The position numbers were made by a program, and so were the translations under genes. From the IMG/VR virus record IMGVR_UViG_3300018080_000122, positions 51,572 through 115,571 of that record: 64,000 nucleotides of DNA. The stretch is one strand, 5' to 3'. The stretch comes from a virus. This document shows positions 27,840 through 38,384 of the stretch, piece after piece. The stretch's first letter is position 1. Every line of letters begins with the position of its first letter. The notes below the pieces were generated by a model, which was given only the letters and a program-made list of their open reading frames with translations, was not told where the DNA came from and did no database searches.

Positions 27840-28498
27840 TATGCAAATGCCCCCATTCTGCTATCAACAAGGGACTCGTTGGCGTCCAGGTCGGACACTA
27901 CCACTTTAGCCGTCTCCAAAGTAGCTGTGCTCACACTACAAACTTTGTCTTCGCCGGTCTCCAACCCATCGACCACGTCCGCAGTCGCTGAGACGACAGA
28001 TTCAGCGGTCACGGCTACTTCTCTCGCGTCAGGATTGGGGGCACTGATGCCATTGTCCACGGTCTCGGCCTGGAAATCTGAGGACCCAGAATGCAAAGAC
28101 ACCGTCATGGTGGACGTACCGTCGGTGCTGATCACAACCCCCGAAGCACCAGAAGTTTGGCCATTGACGGTCATGCCGTAATACCAGGGGTCTTCCGTAG
28201 AGAAATTGAGGACCTGCGTCTTGGCCACAATCTGATCGTTGTCAGAAAACGTCCCGCTGGAATTCTCCACGATAAGGTAGGCACTCTCCACCCACATTAT
28301 CTTAGCACTAGCCCCTCCAGAAGTCCCCACAAAGCACTGCGCATTGAAAGTGCCGCTTGGATTGTCAAAAGGGATCTTGTCCAGGCGGATGTAATCCAGA
28401 ATCTTTCCTGAGTAAGGGTTGGCCCCACTCACCAAAGAAACTGGATATTGTTTACCTTTTACAGTCATGCCGCTTATGTCTATATCAGCCCAGGCCAT
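27839..28498 (-). CDS. virion structural protein with G.TSGA repeats
   Basis: Two nested G-x-T-S-G-x-S units, one closely similar to the insert in 26169..27839. Confidence 0.55.
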   Translation of the reverse strand: MAWADIDISGMTVKGKQYPVSLVSGANPYSGKILDYIRLDKIPFDNPSGTFNAQCFVGTSGGASAKIMWVESAYLIVENSSGTFSDNDQIVAKTQVLNFSTEDPWYYGMTVNGQTSGASGVVISTDGTSTMTVSLHSGSSDFQAETVDNGISAPNPDAREVAVTAESVVSATADVVDGLETGEDKVCSVSTATLETAKVVVSDLDANESLVDSRMGAFA

Positions 28499-28535
28499 GA
28501 CTCCTCCAAATAGAACTATACTCTAACCAAAAAAT

Positions 28536-29888
28536 CTAAGAATGTCTAACACGTAATGCGCCGCAGTTGGCGACTTCGGTATTGTCCAAATGGGCCTCTA
28601 TTTTAACGATATACCTTTTTTCGCTCGTGGGCTGTGCTGAAAGGGCAGTTCCCAAAACTGTTATCACAGTGCGAGTACCCGACATTGCAAGCGGAGTGAC
28701 GCCCGTGTCGTAAACAGAGCCGGTTCCCTCTGCATAAACGATCAGCCGGTAATCTCCAGTGCCCCACAAAGGAACTTTAATCCAAGAAATCGCGGTAGCA
28801 TCTTCAGGCATCTGTCCTTGGAAGGAGTAGTCTATTTGGAGCCCTGCTCCCGAAGACGTGGCGAGGAATATTCTCTGAAAATCGCTGGTGGGGTCAGCGG
28901 GAGTGATTGAGGTGGTGACCCCAGAAGTAGACACAATCTCAAACACGGGCTCGATGTTATCTTCAACATTGGCCCCGACAGGTCCGGCACGCCTACGCTC
29001 ATCCGTGATCATAGCCGTATTTATATTTGCTGTAGCGGTCCTGGCCAGGGTGGCGATGAGGTGGACCCAGTGCTCTTGCCCGTTGGAATCGGTGTAGTTT
29101 CCTCCATGGGTGCCGTTCTCAACCACTCTGATAACAGGGCGCATTCTCACCCGTCTAGCGCACTCAGTGTTTGTGGGCGGTGCGCCTATGGAGTGGTCCA
29201 GATCAGAATCGCCCCACGTTGGTTCAGACACGGACGAAGGCATCTCATCAAGAAATACATCCACATAGACCTTATCTGTTCTCGCTCCGCTAGGCGTGGA
29301 TAAGTTGACCCTGTAATAATTCCCCACTGCCACAGAGCCAGTCATGGACGCAGAAACTGTGATGGTGGTTGCCGTGTTAGCGGTGATTGTGAAAGTAGTT
29401 GCGGGAGCAGAAATATCTGGGCACAACGTCCGGCCCACCAACGCATTCACTCCCCAGTTGGCTGAAGAGTCAGTGATGGTGTCGTCAGGGTTCGTCGTGG
29501 TCGAAATCGCATCCAACTGAGGATGGAGCAGATCAATGGTGCTGACATAGTTAATGTCGGAGAACAAGACGGCGTGCCAGCCTTCTACAAACAACCGGCC
29601 CGCCCCGTCTGCTGTGCCGTCCCCGCCGCTGATATTAAAGTTGTTGGCAGGGGAACCGGCCTGCTCGACTTTGAACCCGTCATTTGGAGAGCCGTCGCCA
29701 ACGGCAGCGGACGTGATTCTCCTAATCATGTTCATGTGGGCCAGGGACACGTCGTTCATGTCTGCGTCGGTGATGGGCACGCCATACTGGTTGGCCATCG
29801 ATACAAACATCTTCTCTTCGTCGTAGCGAGAGATAGGCGCCATCTGGCCAGTAATCTCAAGGTAATTGCCACCGAAACCTGCGCTCAT
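28536..29888 (-). CDS. baseplate-anchored fibre protein, DUF6519-like N-terminus
   Basis: QYGVPITDADMND...GDGSPNDGFKV...AGRLFVEG...RTDKVYVDV. Confidence 0.65.
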   Translation of the reverse strand: MSAGFGGNYLEITGQMAPISRYDEEKMFVSMANQYGVPITDADMNDVSLAHMNMIRRITSAAVGDGSPNDGFKVEQAGSPANNFNISGGDGTADGAGRLFVEGWHAVLFSDINYVSTIDLLHPQLDAISTTTNPDDTITDSSANWGVNALVGRTLCPDISAPATTFTITANTATTITVSASMTGSVAVGNYYRVNLSTPSGARTDKVYVDVFLDEMPSSVSEPTWGDSDLDHSIGAPPTNTECARRVRMRPVIRVVENGTHGGNYTDSNGQEHWVHLIATLARTATANINTAMITDERRRAGPVGANVEDNIEPVFEIVSTSGVTTSITPADPTSDFQRIFLATSSGAGLQIDYSFQGQMPEDATAISWIKVPLWGTGDYRLIVYAEGTGSVYDTGVTPLAMSGTRTVITVLGTALSAQPTSEKRYIVKIEAHLDNTEVANCGALRVRHS

Positions 29889-29900
29889 GCTTTGGCTCCT

Positions 29901-32621
29901 TTATTGGCCGATGACCAGAACGTACAGATCAAATGAGCTGGTTGGGTAGGGGTCAGATCCACTAATCGATCCATCCACTGTGAGGCTCGTGGAAGTGGCC
30001 CCGCCCACTATTGTGTAGTCCACATAGTTACCTGCATGGGCATAAGAAGCGAACGCTATCTTACCAGAGCGTAAACCGCCACGGAATACTCCGTCTGCGG
30101 CGGGCTGATAGTGATTTCCACTAATGGCGACAGCGCTAGATGGAATTGTGCCCACGCCCGCGCCTACAGAAACCAACCACCCCGTGCCTCCAGATATCCC
30201 AAGAAAACCCAAGACCACGTAGTTGTTGTTTGTGAACCCTGCAGACGTGAGATCGAACACAAACGTACCGGTCTTGATGCCCGTCCTGGAATCAAAATAG
30301 TACTTCAAACGATCAGCAGAGTGTTGTGTGTGTGACGGACTGAAGCCAGTGTGCCCAGCACTGGCGTAATCCAACTGAGACAACCCAGAGTGGTTAGTGA
30401 TAGGAGTGCCGGAAGAAGCCCTATAATTTCTAATCATGGGGCGCGCGTCTACAATGTGGTCTTTCGTTATGGCAGGGATACCGCCACCATTGTATTGAGG
30501 CACAACGATTGCCAGCACTGACCTATCATCGCTAGGTGCAGGTACGGAGCTGTCCATAGTAGTCTGATCTGGTATAGTGGGACCCGCCACCACTTCAGAC
30601 CCCTCGCTATAAATAATTGTGCCAGTGTCTGTGACTTCTACTAGGTCGTAGCGCTCATTGCCTGACGTCAATACGGCTGAGATACCTGTAACGGCTACAC
30701 CACTAGCAAGCCTCACTATAAACCCAGAGTTGTCGTGTTTGCTGAGGATGCCCATCAAAACTCTGAGTTGGTTCGTGGGAGTGGTTGCAGGCAAAACCTT
30801 GAAATTTGTCTCTGCAGAATAGCCCGCCACAGTTAGCCCATTGACTGGGCTAACCAAAGCCTCTGAAGCCACGGGCTCAGTAACATCATAGTATTTCTTG
30901 TCGAACTGGACTTTCGTAGGAGCAGCTACTGAGACTACGCCATCACTGTCCTCTACAGTAGCATTCACCTGTGCTGCCGTAGCAATGCCATCCAATTTGG
31001 TGGCTTGTGCCTGAGTCATGTAGCCGTCTACGGAAGTGGTGGCAGCAGGAAGCGACGTGGAAACGGACCCAGTGACTGGGCCAGCACCACCATTAACTAG
31101 CAACGGAGCTACTGCAGACAGGGCTGTGACAGCCGCAGTAGGAAGAACTGAACCATCGGCGGCTAAAGACTGGCTCAACCTGTCGCCCAGTGCTCCCCTA
31201 GATCCTCTGGCCTCAATCACTTCTTCTTTAATATCAACAAAAGAAGAAACATCCCTGCGTATGTCGGTGATCATTGCTTGCGTGATGGCTGACGTTGCCG
31301 TCCTGGCGATTGTGGCAATGGGCACGCGGGCATGGGGAGTTCCGTCGACATCGGTGAATCTATCTTCTGGGGTCTCTGTGTAGCCTTCAATGACCCGCAC
31401 AATCTGGCGGACTTTCCAACGTCTGGAGGACTCGCCTGGCGAAGCAAAGGCGTGAATCAGATCTGGATCGTCTGCCCCGCCAACTTCTTCAAAATACATG
31501 TCTACATAGACATAATCGTTCCGAGGGGCGCCAGGAGTGGTCAGGTTGACTCTGTAGTGGTTCCTAGCGACGGCCACCCCAGTCATGGACACACCCACCG
31601 TGATGGTGGTGGCCGTGTTGGCCGTGATGGTGTAAGTGGTGCCAGGCTGAGTGATGTCGGGCACCAATTCACGCCCAATAAGGGAATTGATCTCATAGTC
31701 AGCTGAAGAGTCCAAAATGGTGTCGTCAGTCAGCGTAGTCGTTTGGACGGCTGTAATGATAGGGTGAATGTCGTTAGTGATGGTATTGTTGTTGATATAA
31801 TCGACATCCGTCACTAACATCCCAGGGAACCCATCTCCAAGGAGACGTCCAGCGTTCTCATCACTTTCCGCTTCACCGCCAGATAAGTTGGTGAACGCTG
31901 CAGCCCCTGCCGCTTGCGCGCCCGTCCCGTACTCCGTTGCGGTAACATGATTCGACGCTACTGCGTGGCCATTGACTGCACCCACGATTGCCAAAGCCGT
32001 TGTGGTACCAAGGTCAATAGATACGTCTATATCAATCTGCTCAATGGAATCCAACTGCGCTTGGATGCCTGAAAGGCCGCCTGTAATCGTTTGGCCCAAA
32101 GTCATAGAAACCGTTTCACGAATAGTGATCAGGTTCAGTGGGTAGTTCACTGACTGGACGGTGCCCGTTCCACCCAAACCGTCTGTGACGGTCTCGCCAA
32201 TGGTGAACACGCCAGTCACCGACGACATATTGTAGATAACGTCAATATCCACGTTCAACGAACCAGTATCGTTGTGACGAACTCTTATGCTGTTGCCAGC
32301 AGTCCCCCTGGAATTTGCTGTGTAGATGACGCGCCCATCGATTGCCGAGCCGTCGATCTGCAGTGTAGCGAACACCCCTCCACCCATAAGAGTGAAGTTA
32401 TTTACGTTGGAAGTGGTGGACTCCATAACTTTGAAGCCGTTGTTTGGAGAACCGTTTCCCAACGTGAACTGCGCATACCGTCGCAGGAATATCGCTACCG
32501 CTTTGCTGATATCGTTGCGATCAGCATCCACGATAGCCTTGTCCATTTGGGCAATTTCGACCAGATAGCGCTTGGCTTCCTCGAAAATGCTCTTGCTAAC
32601 GTCAGCCGTTTGCCTAGCCAT
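29901..32621 (-). CDS. baseplate-anchored long fibre protein, DUF6519-like N-terminus (paralog of 28536..29888)
   Basis: KRY....Q....VDADRND, GNGSPNNGFKV, AGRL..DG, RNDYVYVD; later fibre motifs EVIEARG and ATTSVDGYMT..Q.TKLDGI. Confidence 0.7.
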   Translation of the reverse strand: MARQTADVSKSIFEEAKRYLVEIAQMDKAIVDADRNDISKAVAIFLRRYAQFTLGNGSPNNGFKVMESTTSNVNNFTLMGGGVFATLQIDGSAIDGRVIYTANSRGTAGNSIRVRHNDTGSLNVDIDVIYNMSSVTGVFTIGETVTDGLGGTGTVQSVNYPLNLITIRETVSMTLGQTITGGLSGIQAQLDSIEQIDIDVSIDLGTTTALAIVGAVNGHAVASNHVTATEYGTGAQAAGAAAFTNLSGGEAESDENAGRLLGDGFPGMLVTDVDYINNNTITNDIHPIITAVQTTTLTDDTILDSSADYEINSLIGRELVPDITQPGTTYTITANTATTITVGVSMTGVAVARNHYRVNLTTPGAPRNDYVYVDMYFEEVGGADDPDLIHAFASPGESSRRWKVRQIVRVIEGYTETPEDRFTDVDGTPHARVPIATIARTATSAITQAMITDIRRDVSSFVDIKEEVIEARGSRGALGDRLSQSLAADGSVLPTAAVTALSAVAPLLVNGGAGPVTGSVSTSLPAATTSVDGYMTQAQATKLDGIATAAQVNATVEDSDGVVSVAAPTKVQFDKKYYDVTEPVASEALVSPVNGLTVAGYSAETNFKVLPATTPTNQLRVLMGILSKHDNSGFIVRLASGVAVTGISAVLTSGNERYDLVEVTDTGTIIYSEGSEVVAGPTIPDQTTMDSSVPAPSDDRSVLAIVVPQYNGGGIPAITKDHIVDARPMIRNYRASSGTPITNHSGLSQLDYASAGHTGFSPSHTQHSADRLKYYFDSRTGIKTGTFVFDLTSAGFTNNNYVVLGFLGISGGTGWLVSVGAGVGTIPSSAVAISGNHYQPAADGVFRGGLRSGKIAFASYAHAGNYVDYTIVGGATSTSLTVDGSISGSDPYPTSSFDLYVLVIGQ

Positions 32622-32632
32622 TAAGCGCCCTC

Positions 32633-33220
32633 CTACGGAACAATGCTGATTTCATGGACGAAATACAATTGGATCTCTATGGAGTCGTCTTTGAATATTT
32701 TGGCGTGGTTGAAGAAGTTGAACGCGATGCCGGTGTCAGCCGTAGACGTGGCGTCTCCACCGAACAGTGCCTGCTCGCGCAGCCATACCCCCGGAGACGG
32801 AGGACCGTCGGCAAATGTGTAAGTCATACGAGTCTCGATAATGGCTGTTCGGCCCACTGCAGGAAGGTAGTCTGGAGGGGGCGTGGGATTCACTTCCATG
32901 TAAGCCACGTAGTCGGGCGCCTTTCGAAAATACTCTGCCACCAGAATGGTCTGGGACATAGAAGGTGTTGGCGTGCCGCTAGTATCCCAAGACGCCAAGC
33001 CTTCCCCAACAGCGTACTGAAGGATGCCCCAATCTGTGAAAGTGGTGTCCTTCTTCAGCAGCCCAGCGAAGAGCACGGCGGCAGTATCCACAACCCTGTT
33101 GTCTTCCCACTTCCGTTCCGTCACTTTGATGGTGCCGTCAGGCATCTTCTTCTTGATGACTGCACGGTTACGCCCTTTGATGCTGATACGCATGCTTTCT
33201 TGGGATTCAGGCTTCCCCAT
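32633..33220 (-). CDS. baseplate/tail-fibre attachment protein
   Basis: YAVGEG...T.LVAEYFRK...LREQALFGGDAT...FN...H..I.KD; lies directly after the gpI-like gene. Confidence 0.6.
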   Translation of the reverse strand: MGKPESQESMRISIKGRNRAVIKKKMPDGTIKVTERKWEDNRVVDTAAVLFAGLLKKDTTFTDWGILQYAVGEGLASWDTSGTPTPSMSQTILVAEYFRKAPDYVAYMEVNPTPPPDYLPAVGRTAIIETRMTYTFADGPPSPGVWLREQALFGGDATSTADTGIAFNFFNHAKIFKDDSIEIQLYFVHEISIVP

Positions 33221-34515
33221 TATGGCCTCCGTCTGGGTGTTATCCAGTCAGGGTCACTGACCAGTCTATCGGCAGTCACTCCAGATGCTGCGGTCATTAT
33301 GAATTTAGTTTCATATGTCCAGTTCCACGATTCTACAAAAGACACGCTGGGTGTCTCAACAGTTAGCATGGAAAGGTTTATGTAGGCAGTCTCCGTGACC
33401 GAGATCTGCGCCGACTCCACGATGGGGGTGGGCACAAATATTGGAATTGCAGCGTGCGACGCCTGTAAGTTTTTCGGTATAACTCTTTCCAAAGCTTTTC
33501 GTATTTGAGTTGGCGACAGAGTGTTCGCACTGGCGGAAGGGGAGATAAAGAAGACTCTGACCTTGTCGAAGTTTCGATCGTAGCGTCCAGATCCTGGGTA
33601 GTACGTGGTTGGGTCATCTGGGGTTCCCATCAAATAGTAATTGGCAGTGTCCCAGTATTTACGGTCTTCCCGGTTATACACTCCCATGTTATCGCCGCAC
33701 TCATCGAACTCTATAGTCCATGGAATCAGAACCTGAAGAGCTGAATGAATGCCGTTCCTGGTCCCTTTAATCCAATAGAGAGGGACCGCGCGTTTTATTT
33801 CTTCACGTCGCCGTTCTGGCGACGCTTCCAAATCCACCGTGACGCCGACTCGGCTACCAATGAGGGAAAGCATGTCCAACGGCGCCTTGTCCACGTCGTA
33901 TAAGGTCACTAGATGACGTGACAGCGCGTATATCCGGTCAAACTCCAACGAAATCAACCGCATCAGCCTATATAAGAACCCCTTGGATGGGGGGACCTCG
34001 TGGCTTCCAAAATGGAGTTTCTGCCCATGGAGAAGCGGATTGCTGATTTCATCGTTGACAGAAGCCCTATCTGGAACCGTGGTTTCGCTGAGGGCTTTTT
34101 GTTCAGTCTGGTCGTCGCCCTCTCTGAGAATTCCCGGCAAGAACTCCCATATCAAATCCGCCAAAACTCCAGTGGTGTAGGCTAACGCGTAACCAGAAGT
34201 CAAATCACTGGTGTACCATGTAGACTCACTGGTGACATAAGCAAACATGGAGTAGTAATAGACCACGCCGTCCGACACAGACGTGTCAGCATACTCCACG
34301 ACTGAAAATGGGGTGGGTAAACCGGCGTTGGTCTCAGAGTGGACTACTGTACCGTCGGAGACATCTTCTGGGTAACTTCTGGTCTTCTTAACAAGACGTA
34401 GCTCCCCGACGTCAGTGGGCACGAACCCGTCGAAGGACCAGTTAATAATTACCTGTGGTCCCTGCACAGCGGGTTCTACCGTGAAATCTCGGACTGCCCA
34501 GTCTGCGAGGGCCAT
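33220..34515 (-). CDS. baseplate wedge protein (P2 gpI-like) with N-terminal FN3-like domain
   Basis: LPGILREGD...FLYRLM...DVDKAPLDMLSLIG..VG...RREEIKRAVPLYWIKGT. Confidence 0.8.
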   Translation of the reverse strand: MALADWAVRDFTVEPAVQGPQVIINWSFDGFVPTDVGELRLVKKTRSYPEDVSDGTVVHSETNAGLPTPFSVVEYADTSVSDGVVYYYSMFAYVTSESTWYTSDLTSGYALAYTTGVLADLIWEFLPGILREGDDQTEQKALSETTVPDRASVNDEISNPLLHGQKLHFGSHEVPPSKGFLYRLMRLISLEFDRIYALSRHLVTLYDVDKAPLDMLSLIGSRVGVTVDLEASPERRREEIKRAVPLYWIKGTRNGIHSALQVLIPWTIEFDECGDNMGVYNREDRKYWDTANYYLMGTPDDPTTYYPGSGRYDRNFDKVRVFFISPSASANTLSPTQIRKALERVIPKNLQASHAAIPIFVPTPIVESAQISVTETAYINLSMLTVETPSVSFVESWNWTYETKFIMTAASGVTADRLVSDPDWITPRRRP

Positions 34516-36263
34516 TAGATGCCTCCCTCGAAAGTAATATTGTTTATCGTAGACAACTCAGGGAATTCCCCATCGTCCAGAGCAACGGACCCCACCAGAT
34601 TCGATACGCGGATAGTCGCAGTATCTCCTGCTCTCTGAGGGTTTACTCCTGCAGTGATGGTGAACCTGATCTCACTGTTGTCCGACGTGTACTCCGTGCC
34701 GATCACACCGGTCGCCGTTTGGAGCCCGGCCACAGATCCCAGGACATTGAAAGTGGTAGGCGTCACAAAAGTAACGGTCCACACCTCTGCAATGGTAGAG
34801 GTGGTGATCGATATCGTTCCAAAAGTGGCGTTACCAGTCCAAATTTTCAAAGTGGCTTGTGGTTCCCTGGTGAACTTGGTCAAGTTGATATACTGAACAC
34901 CTTCTTGGTTGTCCACGAGAGCGTAGAAGTCACTTATCTGAACTGTTCGGCCGAATGCCACGTCAGTTCCCGTTGCACTGAAGAATCGAACTATAGCCAA
35001 CTGCGTGTTCTCTTGGACGGTCTCCAAAGAATATGCTGGATCGACTTGAACCGTCCCCTCCACTTCAATAGAAACATAGGTCGGCGCCGACATTTGAATG
35101 ATTGTTCCGAGACACTTCTTGGTTTCCAGGTGATCCTTCAGATTGTTCAGCAGCGCAGTTGATGGGGTGCCTCCACCTTCAGGAACAATGGTCACCTCAA
35201 CCTCGGCGCACACTTCAGAATCAGCTGCGCCTGCTCTTGCAACGCCAGGATAACGCTCTGAGAAATAAATATAATCGTCAGCCGTGACTGCTCTCTTCAT
35301 GGCCGACAAGCTGGCGGGGCCAAGTTTCTTGGCCTCTTCAATGGTCTCGCGCAACTCGCCGCCAGAAGCAGGCTCTGTGTTGTAGGTCGTGGGAACTAAC
35401 AAAGAGCCCCCATAGCTGATGGAATCAAGTAGCACTGTGAGGGTGTTGGAACCGATGTTCCCAGTGACGTTACCCCGATGCGTGGTCAGCTCACGATAAG
35501 TGATTCTGATTGTGGCCCCAGACGCGGGGATCTTGCCATTAATGTTGTCACCGAACGTGAACGTCACGTAGTCATCGTCATCACGAAAGACTGTGTACCT
35601 CTGATCCGTATCGCCGTATCCAACAAAAGAATTGTCTTCGGCAGCGGCCCAAAGAACTTCGCCCCCACCCTCATTGATGTAAACGCTGTAGGTGTCGTCC
35701 ACCGTCAAGACCGAAGTCAACGTACGCTTCTGAAACTCTGTGTTATCTGAAGGTGCTAGCGTTTCGCTCTTGGTTTCCCCCTCTGCCACGTCGACACTGT
35801 AAAGCGCCAGACCACTAGAGTCCAACTCATCCCCAAGAGACCCGGCGGGAATGGTGAGATCGTCTGTGGTCTCGAAAGTCACCGCGTTGGACCCTGAAGT
35901 CTTCACCCTGGTGCCAGATGGAATTGTTATGTTCGTGGGCAGCGCAGACGGGAGAATGAACTGCTGAGTCGACACGGCTGAAGAGGGGCCACGAGGATTG
36001 TAGTTAATGAGTGTCCCCTGGGCGATAATAGATGCCTTGGAAATGGCCGTTTCCCAACCACCATCGCGGGCTATCTGCTCAAAAATGAAATTGTCCTTCT
36101 CACTAAGGGCGGACACCAATTCAACCAAGGCAATCCCAGGGTCAGACGCGTTGTAGTTGGTCCACTCCGGCGTAAAGAACGGAATCAAATTTATAAGCAT
36201 GTCCCGAATGGCAAGGTAGTCCCGAGCCGTGGTGTCTATTACTGGGAATTTGAACTGGCTCAT
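34515..36263 (-). CDS. baseplate wedge protein J (T4 gp6 / P2 gpJ / Afp11-like)
   Basis: RDY..IR...PEWTNYNASDPGIALVE, TFGDNINGKIP, GGELRETIEE, RAVTADDY. Confidence 0.9.
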   Translation of the reverse strand: MSQFKFPVIDTTARDYLAIRDMLINLIPFFTPEWTNYNASDPGIALVELVSALSEKDNFIFEQIARDGGWETAISKASIIAQGTLINYNPRGPSSAVSTQQFILPSALPTNITIPSGTRVKTSGSNAVTFETTDDLTIPAGSLGDELDSSGLALYSVDVAEGETKSETLAPSDNTEFQKRTLTSVLTVDDTYSVYINEGGGEVLWAAAEDNSFVGYGDTDQRYTVFRDDDDYVTFTFGDNINGKIPASGATIRITYRELTTHRGNVTGNIGSNTLTVLLDSISYGGSLLVPTTYNTEPASGGELRETIEEAKKLGPASLSAMKRAVTADDYIYFSERYPGVARAGAADSEVCAEVEVTIVPEGGGTPSTALLNNLKDHLETKKCLGTIIQMSAPTYVSIEVEGTVQVDPAYSLETVQENTQLAIVRFFSATGTDVAFGRTVQISDFYALVDNQEGVQYINLTKFTREPQATLKIWTGNATFGTISITTSTIAEVWTVTFVTPTTFNVLGSVAGLQTATGVIGTEYTSDNSEIRFTITAGVNPQRAGDTATIRVSNLVGSVALDDGEFPELSTINNITFEGGI

Positions 36264-36658
36264 GACTGCTCCTCAATGTAGTAGGGATACACCAAGTTGC
36301 CTTGAGTATTCGTGATTATCAAGCGATAGCGCACTGTGATGTCAATCTGAGGACCTGAACGGGCCCCACTTACAGACACAGACTGAACTCTAGGCTCAAA
36401 TCTAATAATAGCGCGCTCTATATCTGCGACCAAGCTGTTGACGGTGTCGTCATTGGCGGGGTCGAACACAGTGTCCTTGGCTGTGGACCCAAATCTCCGA
36501 TTCATAATCCTGCTACCAATAGACGTCCCTATAATAACGCGGATCGAATTCCTTACTGAATCTTCGCCAGACGCAGTTTTTATGCCCTGGGTCCGACTGT
36601 CAACCTGAATGGGGTAAGCCCAACCAGTGCCCAGATAAGCTTCAGGATCTACAGCCAT
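36260..36658 (-). CDS. baseplate gp25/GPW-like protein
   Basis: YLGTGWAYP, SI.VIIGT.IGSRIMNRRFGS, RFEPRV, NLVYPYY. Confidence 0.9.
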   Translation of the reverse strand: MAVDPEAYLGTGWAYPIQVDSRTQGIKTASGEDSVRNSIRVIIGTSIGSRIMNRRFGSTAKDTVFDPANDDTVNSLVADIERAIIRFEPRVQSVSVSGARSGPQIDITVRYRLIITNTQGNLVYPYYIEEQS

Positions 36659-37082
36659 TGCCTTTACCCTCAATCCGCTTCATAATGTCCCGTGCTACCT
36701 GCCACCGCGTCTCCAAGAAATTCAATTTTCTCTGCTGCACGGCCTTCTTGGCTAGCAAGTCGTTGGGACGTAAGTTAGCGATCTTTGCCTGGATCTCGTC
36801 AATGGTAAGCTGCAGCACCATCTCGGCCGCAGGATCATCCCAAAGATTGCTGCTTCTAATAGCCTCCAACGCGTCCTCTAAAGAAGTTTTTGTCCCTGCC
36901 AATTTTCTACGAACAGCGTTTACGCCGTCAATCTCTTTCTTGAGTTTATGTATTTCTTCAGTCAGGGCCACGCGCTCCTCAGTCCCGCTGTTGTGAAGCA
37001 GAATCTCCATCGCTTCACGTATTCTATCCAACTTTACGCTGGACTGTTTAGAACGGGAAAAATCTCGTGAACGCTTCGACAC
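36642..37082 (-). CDS. coiled-coil hypothetical protein
   Basis: Helical ORF between the spike region and gp25; start codon uncertain. Confidence 0.55.
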   Translation of the reverse strand: MSKRSRDFSRSKQSSVKLDRIREAMEILLHNSGTEERVALTEEIHKLKKEIDGVNAVRRKLAGTKTSLEDALEAIRSSNLWDDPAAEMVLQLTIDEIQAKIANLRPNDLLAKKAVQQRKLNFLETRWQVARDIMKRIEGKGNGCRS

Positions 37083-38382
37083 CGGCCGCTCCTGCCACCA
37101 TTACGAGCCCAAAAGTAATTGCACCCTCTTCGATTTCTGGCCGGTCTGTGGCCGCTAACATCTCAGACACAAACCCATCTGTGCCTGTGCCTTCTGGAAT
37201 GACCGTGTAGTGGATGCCTGTGTTCAGCAGCGCCAGCGGCAGATTGTCTATGATTTCTCTAATCTGATCCACGATTGCTGACAGCTGTTCAATACGCTCC
37301 TTGACCAGCTCCACCAAACGGTCGATGGCGTCAAAAGCAGACAGACCAACGTCAATCAAGGCTATGATCCGCTTCAGCCCTCCAATGATTTCATAGACAA
37401 TTCCAAACGCCTGCCCCAACGACGCTAGCTTCGTCCAATCCGGCGGTCGCGACCACAGAGTCCAGTGTTGGATCGGCCTGAAATCCTCTGCGTAAATGGC
37501 CCAATCATTCACCTGCGGAGTCGACGCGTTTGGGGATGCGTCTGGATCAAACTGGAAAGAAGCTTCCAAGTTGTCCAGGTACAACGTCGAACCCGTCTTG
37601 CTCAGATACGTAACGGGCGTGGGAGATCTCCACGCACCAACGTCCGTCTTGACACCAGGATTTCTAATCCATACCTGCCCACTGGGAGGAAACAGTTCTG
37701 GTGTTGACACCGACACCGCTGGCGCGTTGGGATTTGACAAATCTACGCTGGTGATTGAGCATGCGCCAGGCGGCGGCGTCACAATGTTGTCTTCAAACGC
37801 GCTCTGCGCAGAGTCGGCCATTATCTGCAAGATTCGCTTGATCTCGGAGAGGAACGGGAGACCAAAGAAGTACTCTACGCCTTCAATAAGCTCCAGAAGA
37901 TCCTGTGGCAGTGGCGTAATCAGAGAAAACACAATAACGATGCCGCCAACAGAAGCGTCAGTGGTAAAGTTGGGCCTCTGAACGTCCCCGTAGTCGTAGA
38001 AGGAATCACTAGCCTGGAACAGCAACTCATCCATTGTCTGGTCCAAGGGCCACCACTCAGGCAGAGTGGTTTGAATTCCTTCAACGACAACAGACCTGGT
38101 CTCAAACTCTGGTAGCAGTTTTGGACGAATAACTAGAAAATAACCACCTGTGGCCTCGAAATCTGCGATGAAATTCTCGATGGTAGTTTTGAGTTGGATC
38201 AGTGTCTCACGAACAGGGTCAATGAAAGCCAGCATTTGGGCCTTCATCAGCACAGCTATGCCGTCGAGAGTGACGGCGGCAGACTCCATGACCGTAACTG
38301 CTGCCTCGACGGAAACGAGAATCGTTTCGACATCGTCAGCTGGAATGAGATCTCCAAGTGTCAGTGATTTCCACTCAGCCAT
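37048..38382 (-). CDS. baseplate-region hypothetical protein with long amphipathic helices
   Basis: 444 aa directly after the spike gene; helical termini around a central beta insert. Confidence 0.6.
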   Translation of the reverse strand: MAEWKSLTLGDLIPADDVETILVSVEAAVTVMESAAVTLDGIAVLMKAQMLAFIDPVRETLIQLKTTIENFIADFEATGGYFLVIRPKLLPEFETRSVVVEGIQTTLPEWWPLDQTMDELLFQASDSFYDYGDVQRPNFTTDASVGGIVIVFSLITPLPQDLLELIEGVEYFFGLPFLSEIKRILQIMADSAQSAFEDNIVTPPPGACSITSVDLSNPNAPAVSVSTPELFPPSGQVWIRNPGVKTDVGAWRSPTPVTYLSKTGSTLYLDNLEASFQFDPDASPNASTPQVNDWAIYAEDFRPIQHWTLWSRPPDWTKLASLGQAFGIVYEIIGGLKRIIALIDVGLSAFDAIDRLVELVKERIEQLSAIVDQIREIIDNLPLALLNTGIHYTVIPEGTGTDGFVSEMLAATDRPEIEEGAITFGLVMVAGAAGVEAFTRFFPF

Positions 38383-38384
38383 TG

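Noticed and set aside
9905-32621. Invertible fibre shufflon
   Set aside because: All fibre genes are on one strand, and I saw no recombinase or flanking inverted crossover sites.
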